Below, in pieces: positions 58,955-64,000 of a stretch of 64,000 nt of DNA. The notes beneath the pieces were generated by a model. That model made no database searches. It saw only the letters and a list, made by a program, of their open reading frames with translations, and was not told the origin of the DNA. The stretch comes from an uncultured Chloroflexia bacterium (GTDB lineage Bacteria; Chloroflexota; Anaerolineae; JAAYZQ01), in contig CAVOXA010000022.1 in NCBI GenBank assembly GCA_963700285.1, positions 279,844 through 343,843 of the forward strand, given 5' to 3'. Numbering within the stretch: position 1 is the first letter of the stretch; every line of letters begins with the position of its first letter. The translations under genes and the position numbers were made by a program.

Positions 58955-60694
58955 ATGAACAAATTGAATGGTGGTGACAAGGCACATAAACCGCCCAAGG
59001 GACCAAGTGGTGTTTCCCGCTTCATACCAATCCTGCAGTGGGCGCCGCAGTATGAACGGCCGTGGTTTCGTCCAGATTTAATCGCTGGGTTAACGGTAGC
59101 AGCACTGGTTGTGCCCAAGTCTCTGGGCTATGCGGGTATTGCCGGGGTGCCAATTCAATACGGCCTCTATGCAGCCGCAGCCGGCGCTATCTTATATGCC
59201 ATATTTGGTACATCACGTCAGAGCGCTGTCGGGCCGAGTTCTGCATTGGCAGCCGTGGCGGCCAGCGCGGTTATCACGGCTGGCGTCTCCAGCGACGACG
59301 ACAAGGTGGCGCTGGTCGCAGCCATTACCTTGCTTACAGGGTTCTTCTTCTTGCTTCTGGCATTGTTCAAGATGGGCTGGATCTCACAATTCCTATCCAA
59401 GGCTGTGATCACAGGGTTCCTGTTCGGCTCCGCCATAGAGGTAGTGATTGGCGAACTGCCAAAGATCACTGGCACAACAATCGCGGACGGCAATTCCTGG
59501 CAGAAATTGTTCAGCTGGCTGGGGAGTCTGCCTGATACAGATGGCCTGGCGCTTCTGGTAGGCATCCTTTCGCTGGTATTGATCTTCGGGCTGCGGTTTC
59601 TAGCCCCGAAGGTGCCAGGGGCGTTGGTGCTGGTCGTCGTGGGGATTGCTGCCACGGCGGTGCTTGGTCTGGGTGATCTTGGCCTGGCGCTTGTCGGTGA
59701 TGTTCCTCGCGGTTTGCCGTCGTTGGCAATCCCTAATCTCAAATTTTTCATAGAATATCTGCCAGTGATCGCTTCCGCGGCTCTCGGACTGCTGCTGATA
59801 GGTTTCTCGCAAAGCGCAGGTGATGCCCGCGCTTTTGGTACTAAGCATAAGTACCGGGTTGACATCAATCAGGAAACGGTGGCTCAAGGCATAGCCAATG
59901 TCGGTTCCGGATTGGTGCAAGGTATCCCCGTTTCAACCAGTTTGTCCTCCAGCTCTCTCAATGATACGTCGGGGGCCAAGACTCCGGTCGCTTCGCTGAC
60001 CACCGGGGCGCTGATTATTCTCACCCTCCTGCTGCTGGCTCCCTTGTTCTCTGATTTGCCTAAAGCGGTGCTGTCCGCATTGATTATTGAGGCTGTGGTA
60101 ATGGGCATGATGGATGTTCCTGAAATGAAGCGACTATATCACGTGAAACGGGTGGACTTCTGGATTGCTGTCGCTGCTATTTTCGGTGTGCTGGGGGCAG
60201 GGGTGCTGGCAGGTGTGTTGATTGGCGTGGTGTTGTCTATCGGGTGGCTGGTCTACATTTCGGCAAGCCCCAATATGCCAGTACTTGGTCGCAAGCAAGG
60301 AACCCAGGTGTTCAGGAGTATCGATGAGTATCCTGATGATGAGACTTATCCCGGACTGCTGGTGCTGCGTTTTGATGCGGGCCTCTTTTTTGCCAGTACG
60401 GGTGCATTTGGAGACCGGTTGAACGAACTTGCGCAGCAAGCAGATCCGCCGCTGCATACTGTCGTTATCGATTTCGAGGGCATCAACTACATTGACGCCC
60501 AGGGTGCCGATAAAATGGCAGAGATGCTAGACCTAGCAAAGGGCCACGATATTGAACTGCGTCTGACCAGGGTCAAACCCAGGGTAAAAACCATCCTGGA
60601 GCGCGATGGCGTTATCGACCAGCTTGGCGAGGATCACATTTATGGCAACGTCTATGAAGCTGTGGCTGACCAAATTCCTAATACTAAAAATTAG
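58955..60694 (+). CDS. SulP family anion transporter with STAS domain
   Basis: DLIAGLTVAALVVP, YAIFGTSR...VGP, D.NQE..AQG..N, RFDAGLFFA. Confidence 0.92.
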   Translation: MNKLNGGDKAHKPPKGPSGVSRFIPILQWAPQYERPWFRPDLIAGLTVAALVVPKSLGYAGIAGVPIQYGLYAAAAGAILYAIFGTSRQSAVGPSSALAAVAASAVITAGVSSDDDKVALVAAITLLTGFFFLLLALFKMGWISQFLSKAVITGFLFGSAIEVVIGELPKITGTTIADGNSWQKLFSWLGSLPDTDGLALLVGILSLVLIFGLRFLAPKVPGALVLVVVGIAATAVLGLGDLGLALVGDVPRGLPSLAIPNLKFFIEYLPVIASAALGLLLIGFSQSAGDARAFGTKHKYRVDINQETVAQGIANVGSGLVQGIPVSTSLSSSSLNDTSGAKTPVASLTTGALIILTLLLLAPLFSDLPKAVLSALIIEAVVMGMMDVPEMKRLYHVKRVDFWIAVAAIFGVLGAGVLAGVLIGVVLSIGWLVYISASPNMPVLGRKQGTQVFRSIDEYPDDETYPGLLVLRFDAGLFFASTGAFGDRLNELAQQADPPLHTVVIDFEGINYIDAQGADKMAEMLDLAKGHDIELRLTRVKPRVKTILERDGVIDQLGEDHIYGNVYEAVADQIPNTKN

Positions 60695-60760
60695 GTCAAC
60701 TACTCAAGATTTCGCGTAACAGCTTTCCAGGTCCCTTGCTGGCCAGAAGGAGTGGAGAAA

Positions 60761-62161
60761 ATGACGGACCTTTTAGCGTTTGAAAACAGGCAATTACCAG
60801 TTAAGGCGCGTATTGAACTGGGCAGAAGTTTTCGAAAACAGGTGCCGCGCAGCAGTCATGGCGACTGGACTCCTGCAGCTAACCGGCCAAATCCCATCAG
60901 CCTGCTGCAAGAACAGGACAAAGGCCGTTTGCAGCAGTTGCTGCCGATCAAATACGGCCGTATGGTGGCGTCTCCTTTTGCTTTCCTACGTGGTTCGGCT
61001 GTGGTGATGGCATCCGACCTGGCGGCTTCTCCTGTCTCAGGTTTGCAGGTGGTTTTATGTGGGGATGCCCATCTTTCTAATTTTGGCATCTTTGCCACAC
61101 CTGAAAGAAACCTGGTTTTTGATATCAATGATTTTGACGAAACTTACCCGGGTCCGTGGGAATGGGATCTGAAACGATTGGCAGCCAGCGCAGTGGTGGC
61201 GGGCCGGGAAAATGGCTTTAAAGAAAGCAATTGCCAGGATCTGGCAGGTGTTGTGGCTCGTTCTTACCGGGAGGCAATGAAGGAGTTCGCCGAGGCAGCG
61301 ATTTTGGATGTTTGGTATTATCGGATTAATACCGATACTTTGCTGGAAGTATTCGAAAAATATGCTAAAAAAAGTTCAAAAACCGCGCAAAAAACGATCG
61401 ATAAAGCACAAGCGCGCACAAGTGAAAGAACGTTGGCGAAGCTCACGGAAGTGGTGGATGGCAAACGGCAGTTCATTAACAGCCCACCTTTGCTCGTTCG
61501 CCTAACTCATCTGTTAACTGAAGAACAGATACAACAAGTGTCTGAACACTATGTGGAGGATGCCTGGAATTCGTACGTAAACAGCTTGCCTGAGGAAAGA
61601 CGCCGGTTAATGGGTAGATTTAAGATGACTGATGGGGCGCTTCGCGTGGGCGGCGTCGGCAGTGTGGGAACGCGTTGTACGGTCAGCTTATTGGAAGGAG
61701 ACGCAGAGCATGATGCTCTTATTTTGCAGCAAAAGGAAGCAGGACCATCTTCTTTAGAAGCATATTTACCTAGGATAGAATTCACCAGCCAGGCACAGCG
61801 TGTGGTGCTGGGGCAGCGTTTAATGCAGGCTGCATCTGACATCTTTTTAGGTTGGAATGAAATTTCAGGCAATGATTTCTATTGGCGTCAATTGAAGGAT
61901 CAAAAAGAGTCATTTGATATGCAGAAGCTGGATGAGCGCGGTATGGGATCGTATCTCGGTGTTTGCGCTGTGTGCCTGGCGCGGGCTCATGCCCGAACAG
62001 GAGATGCGGCAGCGATACGTGGTTATATGGGCAGCGGCACAGTGTTTGATCAGGCTATTAGCCAGTTTGCTGTGGCCTATGCAGACCAGACTGCACGTGA
62101 TTATCAGTTGCTTGCTGAGGCAGTAAAGAGCGGCCAAATTGAGGCGGAAACTGGGGTGTAG
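60761..62161 (+). CDS. DUF2252 family protein (kinase-like fold)
   Basis: RM..SPFAFLRGSA, CGDAHLSNFG, FDINDFDE, WEWDLKRL, GVGSVG, LARAHARTGD. Confidence 0.92.
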   Translation: MTDLLAFENRQLPVKARIELGRSFRKQVPRSSHGDWTPAANRPNPISLLQEQDKGRLQQLLPIKYGRMVASPFAFLRGSAVVMASDLAASPVSGLQVVLCGDAHLSNFGIFATPERNLVFDINDFDETYPGPWEWDLKRLAASAVVAGRENGFKESNCQDLAGVVARSYREAMKEFAEAAILDVWYYRINTDTLLEVFEKYAKKSSKTAQKTIDKAQARTSERTLAKLTEVVDGKRQFINSPPLLVRLTHLLTEEQIQQVSEHYVEDAWNSYVNSLPEERRRLMGRFKMTDGALRVGGVGSVGTRCTVSLLEGDAEHDALILQQKEAGPSSLEAYLPRIEFTSQAQRVVLGQRLMQAASDIFLGWNEISGNDFYWRQLKDQKESFDMQKLDERGMGSYLGVCAVCLARAHARTGDAAAIRGYMGSGTVFDQAISQFAVAYADQTARDYQLLAEAVKSGQIEAETGV

Positions 62162-62246
62162 TTTGTTTGGGGATTTTTTTCAAGCTGGCGGGAAGGAAAC
62201 GGCCGCTGACCTTAAAGATGCGCGGGAAAAATGGGAGATGATAGTT

Positions 62247-62687
62247 ATGAAAAGTGTAAAAACTACCGCAGCGGAATTAATCGCCGCAGGATACCTACTT
62301 GAAGTGAATATGGAAACGGCTCAGACTGTACTGACCTCGTATCATGCAGCGGCAGCCGATGCGCAAGCCGCTAAAACATTTACAGTAGAAGACAAAGCTC
62401 ACCAGGCCCAGGTGATCAGCGATGCCGAAGGGTTGGCTGAAGCGGATTTAGAAATGGGCCAGATTGAAGACCGCTTTGTGCAGGCTGAAGTCATTGAAAG
62501 TGCCGTTTCGCTGGCCGAGAAAGATGATGCCTTATTTGAACGGGCAGATGCTTTAATAGTTGCTGCCTGCACCGAAGCTGCCGCTGCTTTAGAAGTAGCC
62601 GGTCTTGTTGATAGTAATGATTTAGAAGCTGTGACCCGACTTATAGCCCGACTTTGGAAGACAGACCAGGAGGAAGATGGACCATAA
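62247..62687 (+). CDS. Acidic Ala-rich hypothetical protein
   Basis: Open frame with GGGAG RBS; ELIAAGYL and LEVAGLVD echo the tail of 42128..43099. Confidence 0.55.
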   Translation: MKSVKTTAAELIAAGYLLEVNMETAQTVLTSYHAAAADAQAAKTFTVEDKAHQAQVISDAEGLAEADLEMGQIEDRFVQAEVIESAVSLAEKDDALFERADALIVAACTEAAAALEVAGLVDSNDLEAVTRLIARLWKTDQEEDGP

Positions 62688-62755
62688 GCTATTAAACCAG
62701 CGAAAGCAGTTGTAAACTTTTGTAATTTAAGGAAACCAATCTTGAGAATCATATT

Positions 62756-63631
62756 ATGTCCGCAACAACCAAAAACATACCCGTAATCATCAATCCATCG
62801 TCTGGAAAACCGCAGCCGATTCTACATACTATCAACGAAACATTCCGTGCCCATAACCTAAGCTGGCGTGGACACCTCACCTATAAGTTTGGCGACGCTA
62901 CTCAGTTTGCCCGGCAAGCTGTGGCTGATGGGGCCGACATGGTCGTCGTTTACGGCGGCGATGGCACCGTTCTGGAAGTGGTTAATGGGGTGATGGGCAG
63001 CGATGTGCCCGTGGGCATTATTCCCGGCGGCACCGGCAACGCAGTGGCCACTGAATTAGGTATCTCACGCGACATCGAAGAAGCCGCTGAACTAATCTGC
63101 ACGAGCCGGAATCGCCTATCTGTAGATGTGGCCCAGGTTGACGACCGCTATTATTTGCTGCGCGCCTACACCGGCATTTCCAAAGACCAGGCTGCCAGTC
63201 GTGATTTAAAAGACAAATATCATTTAATGGCCTACCCCATGGAGGTTGTGAAAGTGCTAGAACATGCGCCCCATGCCCATTACAAAATCACGGTTGACGG
63301 CCAAAAATTCGAATTTAAGGCGATGACCTGTTTTGTGAACAACATCGATAATTTAGGTGGATTCGACATCGACATCGGCCAAATTACCCCGGATGATGGT
63401 CTGGTGGATGTGATGGTTGTCAGCAAGGACCGGCATGATTGGGAAGAACTGGGTCATTATGTGCTTAATGTGGGCCATATGAAAAGAGCGCACGGCTACC
63501 ATGCCCAAGGCAAAGAAGTAATTATAGAAGCTGACCCGCCGCAAACCGTGTGGTTGGATGGCGAGTTTTATAAGAATACCCCAGTGACAATTAAGGTTCT
63601 TCCCGGGGCAGTCCAAATTATTGTGCCTTAA
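62756..63631 (+). CDS. Diacylglycerol kinase family lipid kinase (YegS/BmrU-like)
   Basis: IINPSSG, GGDGTV.EV.NG, IIPGGTGN, PDDGL.DV, LDGE. Confidence 0.92.
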   Translation: MSATTKNIPVIINPSSGKPQPILHTINETFRAHNLSWRGHLTYKFGDATQFARQAVADGADMVVVYGGDGTVLEVVNGVMGSDVPVGIIPGGTGNAVATELGISRDIEEAAELICTSRNRLSVDVAQVDDRYYLLRAYTGISKDQAASRDLKDKYHLMAYPMEVVKVLEHAPHAHYKITVDGQKFEFKAMTCFVNNIDNLGGFDIDIGQITPDDGLVDVMVVSKDRHDWEELGHYVLNVGHMKRAHGYHAQGKEVIIEADPPQTVWLDGEFYKNTPVTIKVLPGAVQIIVP

Positions 63632-63723
63632 GTTAAAGGAAAGAAGATGAAGATACGTAATCCACTATCTGATATTTCTCAATTTAATATCGTTTCGGCC
63701 ATTTATCCAAGTAGAGGGGAGTC

Positions 63724-64000
63724 ATGAAAAATTTCGGATCGCGTTGGAATTGGAAAGTGCTGCTCATGAGCCTTGTTGCAAATATGACGGCGATATTTAT
63801 CATGGCTCTGCTGCTGCCAGGTATCACTATATTGGATCGTCGGGTAATCTATCTCGCTTTACTGGCTGTGGGTCTGGGTTTGTTAAACACCTTCATCAAG
63901 CCGATTCTTCAAGTAATCACCATTCGCTTGCTGTTTTTAACTTATGGTTTAATTCTGATTGTAACCAATACGATCATTTTACTGCTGCTAAACTGGATTT
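63724..64000 (+). CDS. Phage holin family 4 (YvlD-like) membrane protein, truncated by window end
   Basis: LLPGI...LGLLNTFIKPIL..ITI....LT.GL...V.N.IILLL. Confidence 0.75.
   Translation, partial: MKNFGSRWNWKVLLMSLVANMTAIFIMALLLPGITILDRRVIYLALLAVGLGLLNTFIKPILQVITIRLLFLTYGLILIVTNTIILLLLNWI

Noticed and set aside
63724-64000. Prophage inferred from a holin-family gene
   Set aside because: This family is commonly chromosomal; no phage genes nearby

Overview
Bacterial chromosomal window, probably Chloroflexota/Anaerolineae (inferred from V/E-rich lipoprotein linkers, the REP-type repeats and gene content). It is high-GC up to about 44 kb and visibly AT-richer from 44.3 kb on. Order of content: (1) GTAG-type REP array, GH4 glycosidase and sugar oxidoreductases; (2) D-aminoacylase with a peptide ABC importer lacking ATPases, a second REP array, SDR and Gfo/Idh/MocA genes; (3) a minus-strand ECF sigma / anti-sigma / TPR-CHAT (caspase-like) protease / membrane S8 protease operon followed by three paralogous ~80-aa proteins; (4) divergently, an atypical LuxR regulator, a pseudo-receiver and a compact cluster of out-of-context transcription/translation components (bL35, CarD C-terminal domain only, DksA/TraR zinc finger, an uncalled 32-aa bS22/AURKAIP1-like protein, bS21); (5) GH5, then GntR with corrinoid/UroD-family genes; (6) a MalT-type LuxR regulator heading a ~27 kb same-strand island of amide hydrolases, NhaC, DUF1269, SulP, MscS, a K+ channel, DUF2252 and a DAG kinase, partly present twice with decayed remnants. 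Several single-base frameshifts look like assembly errors. No rRNA, tRNA, CRISPR array or intact transposase was recognised. All family calls come from motifs recognised by eye, not from database searches.
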